Below are positions 39,301 through 52,503 of a stretch of DNA of 64,000 bases, in pieces. This stretch comes from Girardia tigrina (taxonomy: Eukaryota): positions 1-64,000 of the forward strand of contig MQRK01193570.1 in NCBI GenBank assembly GCA_001938485.1, written 5' to 3'. The notes beneath the pieces are model-generated. The model was not told where the DNA came from and did no database searches. It saw only the letters and a list, made by a program, of their open reading frames with translations. Positions within the stretch are counted from its first letter, which is position 1. Every line of letters begins with the position of its first letter. A program made the translations under genes and the position numbers.

Positions 39301-42300
39301 TATTATCTCTTTCAATCAGAAAATCGGTCAGCCTTACATTAAAAATTATATTTTTCGTTTTTCGGGTGTAATTGATTATGAGTTGCTGTCGGTTTGAGAA
39401 TTTGTACATTATTCATAAAAAAACATCGATAAAACAAGAAACGTGTCGATAACGTCTAAAGTGAAAATCTTCTCGGTTAAATCGAAATCAAACACTAAAT
39501 TAAATTGAAATCGAACACTGGAGAGACACCATCATCTCAAAACCCGGATTAGTGAACATTCGTAACCGAGTCGATTGATTAAAGTGCTTGATCACTGCAT
39601 ATGTTGTAAGGATAGACGCTCACCGATTTTGAAAGATGAGTTATCCATTTTACAAACAAAATATGTATCACACTACAAACGGCAGTTTTGTGAATCACTG
39701 TTGATCAGACACTGTAACATTTAAAATGGACAAAGTAAAGCCTCCTCAATTTTATTATCCTTAATTAATTTTAAATTTTGACCAATAAACTCTTTTTAAA
39801 ATATACTTAATTTTTATTTTTTTATGCTTTAATCAAATTAGTTGTATACAAAATCAAACTAGGCTTCACGAGATTAACTTTGTTCAAAAATAATTTTAAA
39901 CATTTTAATACTTTTATTTCTTTTTTAAATAATTAAAAAAAATATTTAACCAATTATTTCAATTTAATTTAAAAAAATTTTCAATATTTTATTTAAGTAA
40001 AAAAATAATAATAAGTTAAATAATTCAAAAATATTCTTTTAGTTTATTTCGAAAAATTACGTTTTTAATTATTTTTTTTAATTCTCATTCGAATAATCAA
40101 TAAGTTATAATAAGAGAAAATTAATATTCATTCACAGTTGTAGTTAAATTATTTACTTTGATTTATACTCATAACCAAGTACACCAACAATTTCTAATTT
40201 TCTTCAAATATTTGGGCATTTAGGCCGTTTAAAGATTGTATATAATTCTCTGGTTGTTGGTACATCCCCTGGTCAAGTGTTAATAGGAAAAACCAAATTT
40301 TAACTCAATAGAAACTGGGTTAGTAGAATATTGTTAAGATCACAAAGGTAGTTTCGAAAACATCGATTTCTGTGATGTTTTTTTGATGTTCTAAGTCCAA
40401 AATTGAATGTGATTTCATTAACAGCAAGTCCGGGTCGACACATTCCAATTTTCAGTAGACCTATGGTCATTGTATATATCTAATTTATTTTTGTTTATAA
40501 CGGCCAACATTTAATTCTGCTATAAATACCTCTTTTGCCTATTATTATTTTTGAATGCTTTTAGTTGTAAATACATTTTATATATTATTTAGTTTTCAAA
40601 TGATATATAAAACAATGTTTCATGAAATATCTGTTTCAAAAATATGTTTGTGCTCTTGACACAGAAGTATATTTAGCTCTTCGACCACAAAAAAGAACTG
40701 AAGAAGCTCAATATCTCGACAATAGCCAATTTTCTCGATCTCTTACAGATTATCAGTCAGGAGCCAAGCTCTCCTAAACGAGTTGAGAAATTGGATCATA
40801 TAAGCACGATATTCATCAACATGCACCATTTGTTGAATGAATATCGTCCGCATCAAGCAAGAGACACGCTGCGAGAGATCCTCAAGAGCCAGGTTTGTTT
40901 ATTTTTTTATTTTATCTGTCTGTTGTAATGAGCCAAAATGATATTTTTTAATCATATTTCAAACGTTTTTCATAATTTTTTTTACCTAAATCCATTATTG
41001 TTTTAACGCATTTTTATAAAAATTATATCTAATGTGTGATAAGTAATTTTATTAATTTTATTTAGCTGTTATTTTCAAGAAAAATAATTTTGTAAACTAA
41101 AATGAATGTTTATATTTTCATTACAATTTTAAATAAATGGTGATAAATTATTTGGATTGGTTTAATTATTTTATAAATGCAAAAAAATCGTGCAATATAT
41201 ATTTTAATTTGATAAATAAATCATTTTTTCATTGGAGATCTTTTAAAACTTTTAACTTTACAAAATGTAAGAAATATGCAACCGGTGAAGCGCTACAGTA
41301 TGTTCGTTATGAGCGGCATGGGGTAGGAGTCGGGTACGGGGACTTTGTTTATTCCACGGTAGTCAACACAAATCCTGAGCGTTCCATCCTTCTTCCGGAC
41401 TATCTGCAGTGGGGCGGCCCATGGAGAGAACGACCGCCGAATGATCCTTGTACCTTTCTGAATTCCTCCGCAGTTTACATTCGAATATTCTGTGACAGTA
41501 CTCTGCACCGTTGATGTACCGGAGCACAGTCAATGGTGGCAGTTACGTGAGCGGACACGCAGGTTGTAGGTTTGCCGATGCTTGTGTCATCGAGTAAACT
41601 GGAAATTTGTTTACAAGGTCTTCACGATAATTTTATAAATTTTTGAATGCATTATTACCATTAAGAACATTGGACAGAAAACGGTAGTAATCGCCTTTCA
41701 TTTCAATTCGCCGGTCATTTTAGCGACATCTCTCATCGCATCAACCATTTTATCATATCTTTCAGCCTGTTCAGCTAATTTAGCTCTATACACTTTCGTT
41801 TCTCTATTGGCCATTTCGTTTATCAATCTACTTCCTCGCGTTCGTTCGATTAAAATTATTTTTGAAAAAAAGTCAAAACACGAAACTTTTTTAATTGAAC
41901 TTGAAATTGGCTGAAACAAATTGAAAATTGTTAATTGTGACAGATATTCAAACACTTTTACACACACACTTTAACACACACGCACAAACCAATCATATTA
42001 AAAAAATGCACATTCATATTCACACAACATACATACAACGTCCGTCCTTGTTTTTGGCTTCCAACTACATCGAATTTTTGCTGAGTCTTTTTCTGAAAAA
42101 TTTGATTTTCTATTTGTTTGAAATTGTCGTTGTAATGTTGGAATAAAGAGATTTCTATTTGGCTTTATTTGCGAGAGAGAATTGTTGGTTAAAATTGCAT
42201 AACGAATAAACAACAAATATTTTTTTTATTTAATTATTTATTTATTTAATTTATTAATTTTAATTAATTTATTTAATTATTTTAATTTTATTAATTTAAT

Positions 42301-45300
42301 TATATATTTTATTTATATTCACTAATACTGGCAAAAATAAATGTCCGGTCAAATTGGCAATTCTCCGCTCCAAACATTGATCGGGATTCGAACATTTGAA
42401 TTATTATATTTTAAATTAAATTATTATCGTTATTTATATTATCAAAAGAAAATCGAATCAAATTGAAAAGAAAGTTGAGCCTTTGACATTTACTTGAAAA
42501 AACAATTTTTCGTTTTATTTTTAAATAAAATTTTGGTTTTTGTATCAAAAGAATTATGACCTTGGGTTTTGTTTTACTGAAGTGATTAAATCATTTTATG
42601 TGATCCATACGCGATCACTCTCTCTCTACCATACGTATCCTTCTGTGATAATACTGCCCCGATTGTATCGAAGCTTGCATCTGTATCCAGTATAAACTCC
42701 TCAAAATCAGGATACGCCAGTATCGGGGTCATTTCATTTTTTCTTTCAATTTTCGAAAAGCTTCCTCGCATTCTTCAGTCCATATTATTTTCTTGTCTTT
42801 ATTCTTACCACACAAACCCTCCAATACTTTTGAGCATTTTGCGTAATCTTTTAAAAATTTTCTGTAGTAATTTGTTAGACCCAAGAAACTTCTCAGATGT
42901 TTGATACATGATGGGTTCTGAAATTTTTTAATGGCTTCAATCTTTGATCAGTTTCTATACCATTCTTACTGACAATATATCCTAAATTTTTTAATATTTT
43001 ATTTCAGTAAAAAGATAATAATAAGTTAAATAATTCAAAAATATTCTTTTTATGCATTTTATCTACATTTGGCATAGGAAACGCTGACCTGACGGTAATT
43101 CTATTCAACTGGCGGAAGTCTGCACATTTATTTGAAAATAATTAGTAATTAAAGTATTTATTTTCTACAGATTTTCTAGGATTAAATAAACAAAAGAATT
43201 AATCCAATAATTTACATAAATTAGGTAATCTGAAAATGTGACAAATAATTTAGAGATAATAATTTATTATTAATGGTCAGTACTTTTTTATTAATAATTT
43301 ATTTTAATAATTTATTTTTAATAATTTTTTTTATTAACTTTTTAAATTAGAATATTTATTGTTAATATTATTCTGAAATTACACGCATCCCTCGGTCTAC
43401 GTGATTAATGTGCTTTAATCCTGTTTCAGAAAAAAGTGTAAATCTGGATGAAAGTTTTAAATAAATTAACAATTTTATTTATTTTATATTTTATTTTATT
43501 TCCTTAAATATTAAACTTAATTTTAATTGTTAATTTACAAAATATAAACTTTTCAAATTATTACTTTAATTATGTTTGAATATGCGATCACTTTAAATTT
43601 AATAAAAAATACCAATTTCCATCTGGATGGGAGAATCACCATTCTAAGTTCAACATACTCTAATCAGCATACATCATCAATACATTCACACATTCTGACA
43701 ATTTAAAATATTCCTCACAATTACTCTCGAAATAAAAATAGAGATAATAATTTATAATATAATTTATTATTATAAAAAATTATTATTATTATAATAAATT
43801 ATTATGATAATAATTTATTGTTAATGGTCATTACTTTTTTTATTAATATTTCACTTTTTAAATTTTAAATTTATTCATTAAATTCACTTTTTAAATTTAT
43901 TTATTGTTAATATTATTCTGAAATTACACCCATCCCTCGGTATACTCGGCTAATACGTTTCCATAAAATCGCATAAATCGTAACACAGAGCCATTACAAG
44001 AAATTAAAATTTGTTATCGGAAACTAAAAGCCGCTTAAATCGATACTTGGAGCTCATTGAAAACAGAATATGCGTTCAAAAATCCACTTAAAGTGAAACC
44101 GCCAGCACATGCATAATAGAAAGGAGTTTTTTAAGATTTTAAAGACAGTAAATATACATTTTATTTGCATATCTTTACCGATTACTACGAGCATGAATTT
44201 CTAATGATAACGTGCATAAAATACTAATCTTTAATTAATAAAATAGATTACTGTCGCTTTTAACTCCAGGAGCAACTAACATGTACTTCCTTGCTGTTTC
44301 TACACCAGTGTAACTTATAATTTTTTGATCACTTTCAACTTCATTTCTGTTTATAGCTCCTGCTGTCTTAAATGTTAAGCCTGTAATAGATCACTGTTTT
44401 TTATTTTGATTAATTCTTTTAAATTTTCTTCACAATGAACACAAGAGTTATTAGTATTTCATTGAAATTTAACAGCGCGTTCAACATTTGAATTATAAAT
44501 TTTCTAGTAAATTGAAGGGCCTCCTTGAGTACTTTTAATAAGTATCGCATAGACTAAATCCGCGAAAAATGAAACCCAGAGTTCGTACCAAATCAGTGGA
44601 TTTGTTCGCTTAAAAAATAAAAATTGCATTAAACCTAACCCGCCTAAAGTAAATTCCTCGTAAATCGAGGAATGGGTGTACTTATATTTTATGTTGACAA
44701 AAATTTTCCTTTGAAATTATAATTAAAAAATTATATTTTTGTAATTTTTTAATATTAGAATTGATACATATAAGTAAAATGATGCTCTTATTGAAGTTTT
44801 TTATTAGTTTCAGGAGGATATATTTACTTTTGGTTATTAATTTTAGGTGTGTATGAGGGGTTAATTTAAATTTTCATTTCGCCAGAATAATTTATTATTT
44901 TTTTAACTTAAAATGTAAAATATTTTAATGTTAATATGCTTTTTAAATATTTTAAAATTAAAAATGATATAATAAAAGAAAATCATAAAAAAATAAATAT
45001 CCATTTAAAAATAAAAAATATATTTTTTTAATGTATCTATAAATATCTTAAAATTAAAAATGATAAGAAAACCATTAAATATTAAATATTTATTTATAAA
45101 TAAAAATATTTTTATAGTCATAACAATTTATATATTTTTATAAGTTATGAAACAATTTTAAATAAATTTTAAAATAATTTTTTAGTTTTAATGTGAAATG
45201 TATTTAATAAATTTGCAAGATTTTAAAAATTGAATCGAAAAGAATTTAATAGATTAATTTGTGGCGAGATAATTAAATTAACAGAAAAAATTGTTTAAAT

Positions 45301-46042
45301 ATGTGAATTGTTATATTAATAAATTTTGGTGTTAAAAAATGAATTCAGATATTGATGTTGCAACCACTTCTCACAGTGTATAAATAAGAAAAATAAATGT
45401 TCTAATTTATCTTAAAAGGATATAATAAAATATTACTTTTTTCAAAGACAAATATGGACCGCTTTATTTTAGGTGTATACATCATTGTCATATTTGGATT
45501 GCTTGTACCTGTAAGTTTTAGGAAATACTTTCCTAGGAAGAGTTAAATTTATTTTATTCATCAAAAGTGATAAATGTAGTAAAATGCATTGTCTTGGACT
45601 CAATTTTGTAATGTTGTATTGTTCTGAATGTATTTTGTCATTTTCGTTTTGATAGAATAAGTAGTGATTTATTAATAAATTTGTTTAGATTGATTCAGCA
45701 AAGAAAACTAACGAAAAAGCCAAAGAATATAATGAAAAGTCAAATGATTTACTGAATAAATTGAAAAAGGAATTAAACGATTATTTCTCCACCCAAAAGC
45801 CAGTATCTTTTATCTTGAAAGAATGTGAACTAAGCGATGTTGTCGTTGAGCAGTCAGAGAATGAACCTAAAAAATCGTCGAAGCGAAAGATGGAAAGTCC
45901 GATTTTCCCCGACAACAGTGGCAATATTAAAGTCAAAAAAGAAGCTGCAATTTCATCAAGTTATCCTAAAAAGAATATCATCATTTCAGAGAATGCACGA
46001 AACACGGAACTGTGGCAGCAATTGTTCGAGGATCTTGAATAA
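36052..46042 (+). CDS. MED7: Mediator subunit 7; join of 36052-36306, 40677-40892, 45689-46042 (274 aa)
   Basis: [13 protein letters not shown]...APAPPP...[14 protein letters not shown]|[12 protein letters not shown]...NFLDLL...[18 protein letters not shown]; both introns phase 0, GT-AG. Confidence 0.95.
36871..37303 (-). mobile_element. Solo-LTR-like insert, family A (TGTGAGGAAT...CTTAATA), 433 bp
   Basis: 5-bp TSD CTTAT (36866-36870, 37304-37308); close inverted copy at 46218-46650. Confidence 0.9.
37497..39082 (-). mobile_element. Mariner (DD34D, cecropia/Hsmar1-like), inactive, with a 324-bp insert
   Basis: TIRs ttagtttggcaaatatgaagcgggcgtt / aacgcccgtttcatagtttccaacttaa, TA TSD; [24 protein letters not shown]. 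Confidence 0.95.
37696..38019 (-). mobile_element. Family-A-like insert inside the mariner transposase
   Basis: ATAAT on both sides; removing it restores [23 protein letters not shown]; ends resemble family A. Confidence 0.55.
39500..39760 (+). mobile_element. Penelope-like GIY-YIG fragment, second family
   Basis: [15 protein letters not shown]...FCESLLIR; shares sequence with 60818-60880. Confidence 0.65.
40677..40892 (+). CDS. MED7: MED7 exon 2 (absent from the ORF track)
   Basis: tttAG|CTC...CAG|GTttg; [24 protein letters not shown]...[18 protein letters not shown]. Confidence 0.95.
41293..41630 (-). mobile_element. Gypsy RT N-terminal fragment
   Basis: [34 protein letters not shown]...DSYPMPLI. 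Confidence 0.9.
41659..41814 (-). pseudogene. Internally deleted 14-3-3 pseudogene inside MED7 intron 2
   Basis: [37 protein letters not shown] joined out of frame to [10 protein letters not shown]. Confidence 0.9.
42586..42985 (-). mobile_element. Gypsy RT/RNase H fragment
   Basis: [40 protein letters not shown]...IGAVLSQ...ERVIAYGS. Confidence 0.9.
43420..43719 (-). mobile_element. Truncated family-A solo-LTR-like fragment
   Basis: Same terminal block (tccatctgg.tgggagaa...aaaatattcctcaca); other end and TSD not found, so the left boundary is approximate. Confidence 0.55.
43927..44678. mobile_element. Tigger/pogo-type non-autonomous element
   Basis: TIRs CACCCATCCCTCGGTATAC / GTAAATCGAGGAATGGGTG, TA TSD. 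Confidence 0.8.
44852..45375 (-). mobile_element. Solo-LTR-like insert, family B, 524 bp
   Basis: Homologous to 4799-5342; flanks GTGTG/GTGTA (4 of 5). Confidence 0.8.
45689..46042 (+). CDS. MED7: MED7 exon 3
   Basis: tttAG acceptor 45687-45688, in frame with ORF 45761-46042; coiled-coil-like start and [14 protein letters not shown] end. Confidence 0.8.
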   Translation: MDSAKKTNEKAKEYNEKSNDLLNKLKKELNDYFSTQKPVSFILKECELSDVVVEQSENEPKKSSKRKMESPIFPDNSGNIKVKKEAAISSSYPKKNIIISENARNTELWQQLFEDLE

Positions 46043-46217
46043 TTATGTTTTCAACTGTATACATTTACTTATAATATATTTATTTGTTTTTGCAATCTCC
46101 TTTTCTATTTAGTCGTTGTGACATAAAATTATCAAATGAATCAGCAATTGTTTTCCTCTGAGGATGTAAAATTAAAGAAAAGATTTTATCTGTATGAAAT
46201 TTATAAAGATTTGTGTA

Positions 46218-46650
46218 TGTGAGGAATATTTTGAATGTTTGGTGTTTGAATGTTGTATGTTGATTTGGAATTATGTCTCTCCTACCCAGATGGATGATCA
46301 ATATGTGAATTCTTATTATCTAAAAATATATAATGTTTAAATTTATTTTTAATTTCAAATAATTTTACAATTTTAAATAAGTTAATTAGTTTTTACAATT
46401 TTTATTAAATAAATCAAATTAATATTTTTTTTAAATAATTAACAATCATTTTAATTATTATCCAATAAGTTTTGAGTAAATATTTTATTAAAATATTTAT
46501 TTCTCCATTTACTAAAAAAATAATAAGAATTAATTCATTAATCAATTTAGTTTAGAATGCAATCGTACGAAAGCTTTGACAAAGATTGTCTTAAGGAAAA
46601 TCAAAATTGTTTAAATAAAAATATGAAAACTCAAATTGGTGTTCTTAATA
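46218..46650 (+). mobile_element. Solo-LTR-like insert, family A, 433 bp
   Basis: 5-bp TSD GTGTA (46213-46217, 46651-46655); TGTGAGG...CTTAATA. Confidence 0.9.
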
Positions 46651-47342
46651 GTGTACAAATAAAATATATTAAAATTCCGGTTTAATAATTTCTCATTAAT
46701 GTTAAAACAGGTGATTCTTACCTGATTCATGCATGTACTTGTCAAATTAAACATCTGACCCGTCCGACTCCTAACAAATACGATGTATTACGTGTATATT
46801 GATGGGCCGTTGTCATACAGAAAACAAAAAATGAGGCTGCGATATCTTTTAATTTGAGGAATATTTTAGAGAACCTGCCTCATCATTTTGTCTTATAATT
46901 ATTTGAAAATTTTATTTCCAGTATCACGTGAAATGTCTAATGCATAATAACTTTAAATAAATAATAATTTTTATTGTGGCTTTTTTTACTGTACGGATAA
47001 CTGCGTAGAAGCATTGAAAAACAGTATTGAACCATATACTCTGTTCGAGGGAAAACATTGATTCAAAATATGTTTTAATAAAACCGTTAGTCACATTTGA
47101 AAGACCACTAGTTATTCAGTCTTCCTTGATTTAGCCGTCCTTTTGATGAATTCTAGTACTGGTGGAAAAATTAACATGGACAGTTTTATTTTCAAAATTC
47201 TTGGGACAAAAACTAAGTTCAGAATTAATTGATATGATATTTACAATTCAGTTTTAATTATCTTTTAATTAAATATTAAATTCAGTAAAATGTTTAAAAT
47301 ATATTTTGGAAATTAGATTTTCTTTACTTTTTACATAATATA

Positions 47343-48819
47343 TGGGCCGTCTAATAAGTTCCCGGAATTGTTTAAAAAAACTGACTTCTATGAAAAATTC
47401 CAAACAATTCTATATTATATTTAAACTACATAATTTCCATGATTATGACTAGTTTGCAATGTCCATACAATAATAACAATTCTTGACGAAACTTCTCTTC
47501 AGGGAGACCGCGGAGCACCTGCACCGCTCTTCCTTTCACCTCATCACCGTCCACGAATTTCTACCCTCGAAATGAATGCTTCAGGTGCTTGAATACCCAT
47601 CGATCACACTGATTCATGTCAGGGCTATATGGACTTTGTTTGATGAGTGTCACTCCACGATGATGAATGAATTCCATTGTTTCTTTTGATGTGTGAGGGC
47701 GTGCGTTATCGTGTTGCCACAACAATTCCGTGAGCTTTTTGAAATGTCTGCGAACATGTCACCATTTTTCCCCAGTTGAACGAACAAATTCCACATAACG
47801 CTCTGAGTTCACAGTCTCTCCAGGAGAGCAAATGTCAGTACTTATCTTTTGATCACCAGTAAATGCCAGCATGAGAAGAGTTTTCTTGTTTGTCAGCTTC
47901 GGGCGGACAACAGTGAGTTTTGGTTTTGTGGGATGACGCCATGCCTGATTCTGCTGTTTCTTCAGTGCTGTTTCATACATATTAACAACATCACAATTTG
48001 AATGCAAACATTTATTTACAACACAAACAGATTCTTCACAACAATTTTCAGAGGTCATCTTTCTTTGATTAATATAGTTTTTGATTAACAATTTAAATAT
48101 GAAAAAATAATAAATGGTAAATTTTAATATTACATTTTAATTCCTCATAATTTTATTGGATAAAAAGATATTATGTAATTTTTTAAATAAACATTAATTT
48201 TTAAAATATATTAAATTTAGTAAGTTAAAATCGTTTACTGAAAATATTATTAAAATTCATAATTATCAAACTTTAATTAATTAGTACTTAAAATTAATAT
48301 CATTAAATTAATTTCATTGGATTCAAATAATCAATCAAATAACATATCAATCCCATCTAAGTAGGAGAGTCACAAATCTAAACAGCATACAAACAACAAA
48401 CTTACAGCATTCCAAATTATCCCTCACAATACAGAAACCAACTCTCATCCTCTGTCGCCCAATGGTGTAACAGATAATCGATGGAATGGTTTTCAAATAA
48501 TTGGATGATGCTTTGTGCACACAAAATCCTGTCCCGTTTGTTTGCTTCTGAGACAACGTATTAGACATGGATTCCAATCCATGTCGAACAAATCTTTCGC
48601 AATTCAAGCTGATTTGTGAAAATCTGTCTAACAGTATCTTTAGACAGGCCAGTCGATTCACTCACTGCTCTAAGAGATGTCCTTGGTTCTTCATCCACAA
48701 TCGCTTTGATAATCTGCACATTTTGATTGGTGGCTTCATTCTAATACAATATTTACGTGTATACATATATGCATGTGTGTGTGCATGACATATTCCGGGA
48801 ACGTATTAGACAGCCTAAG
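47343..48819 (-). mobile_element. Mariner (DD34D) element split by a solo-LTR-like insert
   Basis: TIRs tgggccgtctaataagttcccggaat / attccgggaacgtattagacagcctaag; WATEDESWF, QHDNARPH, SPYSPDMNQCD. Confidence 0.9.
47980..48428 (-). mobile_element. Solo-LTR-like insert, family A relative, 449 bp
   Basis: 5-bp TSD ATACA (47975-47979, 48429-48433); cleanly interrupts the mariner ORF; TGTGAGG...GTTAATA. Confidence 0.85.
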
Positions 48820-49199
48820 TATTTAATGGAAAAATTAAATTGGACACTTGTAATATTAATTATTATTTTGACAAATTTTCGAAATTTTAGTTTTCTTTTC
48901 AAAATGTTTTCCGATGATATCAAAAACGAAGTGAAAAGATTATCGAATCCTGATATTCCAGAAAAATGGCAATCAAAATGAGTATTCTTAAATCTAGTGT
49001 CGAATTTATATTGATCCATAAATATAAGAATATTAACATTAAACAGGGCCCAAAGAAGATTATCAACAAGAGGTTACATTTACGAATTAAAAAACATGTG
49101 GCAAAATCCAATATTGAAGGAAGAAAAATTAACTGTCAGCCAGAAATCAGAGATTTTACTCTAAAAGCCCAACTCAAACTGAAAAATAATGTATGATCT

Positions 49200-49870
49200 T
49201 TGGTTGCAACTTGGAATTCTTTTTTAATATATTTGCAGAAACAGAATCTGGTCATTTACAGACTGAATCAAAGTCGAACGTAATTTCCAAAAACAATAAA
49301 CAGTCATGAACTGTTTTCTGGTCGGTTTTCTAGATGAATCTTGCCGCATTAGCAGAAATCCTGTATAATTCATTGACTTATTTTCAGGAAGAATGACAAA
49401 ACAAATATAGGGGATAATCGAAACGAAATCTATTCCAGTTCAAAATCCATTCACAAATCGATCAAAACTAAAGTTCTTTGGCATTTTATGTATTGTGATA
49501 TCATACGGTTGTATAAATGTTGTTATCTGTGTCAATCTATGAAGGTTATGAGACAAACCAAATATCCAATTCAATCTTTCTAAATTTAAGGCAATTTGTA
49601 TGGATATTGTTGACTCGTAACCATCCTTTTAGCTACATACTTACTATCTTCAATCGTAATACTACTCGCCCAAAGCATTTGAAATGAGAAACATATTACA
49701 GAAATAATTTTTAACATTTTCATCAACAATTGGATAGCTCGTTTCAGAATTCTGAAAATAATCATTACAAATCAAGGATGCAATCCGAATCCAAATAATT
49801 CAAAGAACTTCTCAAAAGCCTTGAACTGCAAACAGATACAACCTAAAGACAATGCACAATTCAAGAAATC
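49200..49870 (+). mobile_element. Decayed Gypsy integrase remnant
   Basis: KIIITNQG...FKELLKSL pattern of the integrase core; many lesions. Confidence 0.45.
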
Positions 49871-50229
49871 CATGATTTTGTTGAATTAACTTTATATATG
49901 CTATGAACAAGTTGATTACTTGTAACCACTTTATTTTATATATTCTTTACATATTCTATTTATATGTTATGCCGAATTCGTGAATTAGGCAAAAAAATTA
50001 CCGAATTCGTGAAATCGGCAACAGTCTGCTAAATAGTGTAATTGCCGAATTTATGAACTAGTCAATTTTTGCTGAATTAACTAACTATATGAAAAATTTT
50101 CATTTTAAAATGAAAATTTCTCAATTTAAAGTGAAAGATTATGTACTTATTATGAAAAAATATCAATTTTATATGAAAAAAATCAATTTTCTATGAAAAA
50201 TATGAATTTCATTTGAAAATGGGTATTTA

Positions 50230-51522
50230 TGTGGTGCGATATATAAGTCCTTAGACTCGACAAGAAAGCAAAGTCCAATCAACTTATTTTTTTTCAGAAT
50301 CAGTACATGACATCAAAGTAAATTATTTCTCAATGTATGAGCCGTGTACATCAACAGACTTGCGACAGCGAGTAAAAAGCTCAGAGAACGCTTTTTTGTA
50401 AAAATTGGGAGGCAAAGAATTAAGAATATCAAGGACTTTCTCCTTGAGGACATTAACTGAATGAAAGTGGACACATTTCAAATGTTTCTTTAGGTGTTTA
50501 AACAACGCAAAATCACTTGGAGCTAGGTCAGGACTATAGGGGGGTGGGAAACCAACTGAAAGCCACAGTCATCCACAGCAGTCAAAGTTGCTCGCGAAGT
50601 GTGAATGGGTGCATTGTCTTGAAGGAGCCACAATGAGATCCCTCTTGGCTTCCTACGAGACTTTCTCACATCGCGAAGTAATTCAACATAATACTCACTA
50701 TTCATTGTCAGTCCTCAAGGAAATCAATTTTAATAATGCCATGGGAATCCCAGAACACAGTCAGCATTGCTGCTCACTTGTGCGAGGTGCCGCTTCGAAG
50801 TTTTCGGGGAGCACTTTCACAGGGGAAGCACCACTCAGAAGATTGGCGCTTGCTCTCAGGCACATACAAGCTCCCCGAGGTTTCATCTTTTGTAACGATG
50901 TTGTTGATGAAGCGATCACCATGAATGCGAAGCAACTCCAAATTGGCAGTGCAACACTGCAAACGTTTGTCGTACATTTCACTGGATAGGAATCGGGGAA
51001 CAAAACGTGAACGCAGTTAGCGAATGCCAAATGATTGCAGAATATCATATGTAGAATTGTAGTTGATGGATAGACGCTGTGCAAGTTCACGGATGCTTAT
51101 TTTTCTCTCTTCCGACACGATCTTCATGCAAAAATCACGTTTCCCGGGTAAAATTTCACACGGTCGTCCTGATCTCTCTCCATCAAAAACGGATTTTCGG
51201 CCATGTTTAAAGTCTGATCCAATTATACACTGTTGCACGTGATGGGCAGTGGTCACCGTAAGCTTCCTGCAACTGCTGCAAAATATCGCAGCTTTTAGTA
51301 TTGCGCAGGAGCCGAAATTTTATTATGCTGCGATATTTGACGTTACTGTACATGTCTACAGTAAAAAGTGAAATAATGGCTGTACGCACCACTCACACAC
51401 ACAGGTTGGGTATGGTGAGTCATATTTGTAACCAATGATAACTCATCTATTTATAGTATCAACGGCATATACGTCATAATCTTATTTATCAACGAGTCTA
51501 GGGACTTATGGATCGCACCACG
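50230..51522 (-). mobile_element. Full-length mariner (DD34D), inactive
   Basis: 30-bp TIRs, TA TSD, 1293 bp; ERSGRP, IVTKDET, QDNAPIH, YSPDLAPSDF across frameshifts. Confidence 0.95.
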
Positions 51523-52503
51523 TAATATGAATTAATATTAATTTTACATGAAAAAAAATCAATATTATTTGAAAAAATATAAATTTAATATGAAAAATTC
51601 TGGATTTAATATGACAAAAATATGAGTTTATCATGAAAAATCATCAATTTAATATGAAAAAATATAAATTAAATATGAAAATATTCTTAATTTGTTATGC
51701 AAAATAGACTCCAAATGTTAAATTTTATTTATGGTTAATTAAATTTCTTCCTTCATAGCAAGTTGAATTGCAAACGTTTGTATTTTACAAGTGTTTTTCA
51801 TATTAAATTGATATTTTTTTCGTTTTAAACTGAATTTTCTTATTAAATCGATATTTGTTCAAATTAAATTGATTTTTTCATATTAAACTGATATTTTTCA
51901 AATTAAATACAAAATTTTTCATATAAAATACATATTTTTTCAAATTAAATTTTCAAGTTGATGCAGCTCTTAAACAGTCCACAGGAACTACAAACTGTTG
52001 AGGAAGATATCTCAGCGCAACGGATTCTTTATTTTTATATAGTCATCGTGATGTATGGTTCTTATTAGATAGTTTTTGAAGAGTTTTGACTTGCCTTAAA
52101 TTTATGTTGTGTAATATTCAATCCGGTCAGATCGAAGGTAGAAAAGAAAATATGCATTACTATATTCCTTTTGTAGCGCATATGTTAAAAAAGTGTAAAA
52201 TTCATATTTTAGCAAAATTAGCAATAATAAAATATTCAGTATAATTTGTTTTTTATTTAATTTGTAAAACTTAATATTTCTTTTTGTGTAATTTTTATAC
52301 TTCCCTTTGCTTATTAGGACCAAATACCTTATACTTTAATCGAAATAGTTCAATAATTACTATTTCTTTTTATTAAATGTAATTTAACGGACAATTTATA
52401 AAATTTTTTTATTGTTTTTTATTGGATTTATTGAATGTAAAAGTCTAGAACAAGATGTTTTTGTAAAGAATGAAGTTTGGTTAGATAAAAAAATATTTAG
52501 GAT

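Noticed and set aside
41698-41967. Functional nested 14-3-3 gene
   Set aside because: Only 38 codons before a deletion-induced stop; no later exons seen.
36871-46650. One 9.8-kb TIR transposon capturing MED7
   Set aside because: Each 433-bp copy has its own 5-bp TSD, so they are separate insertions.
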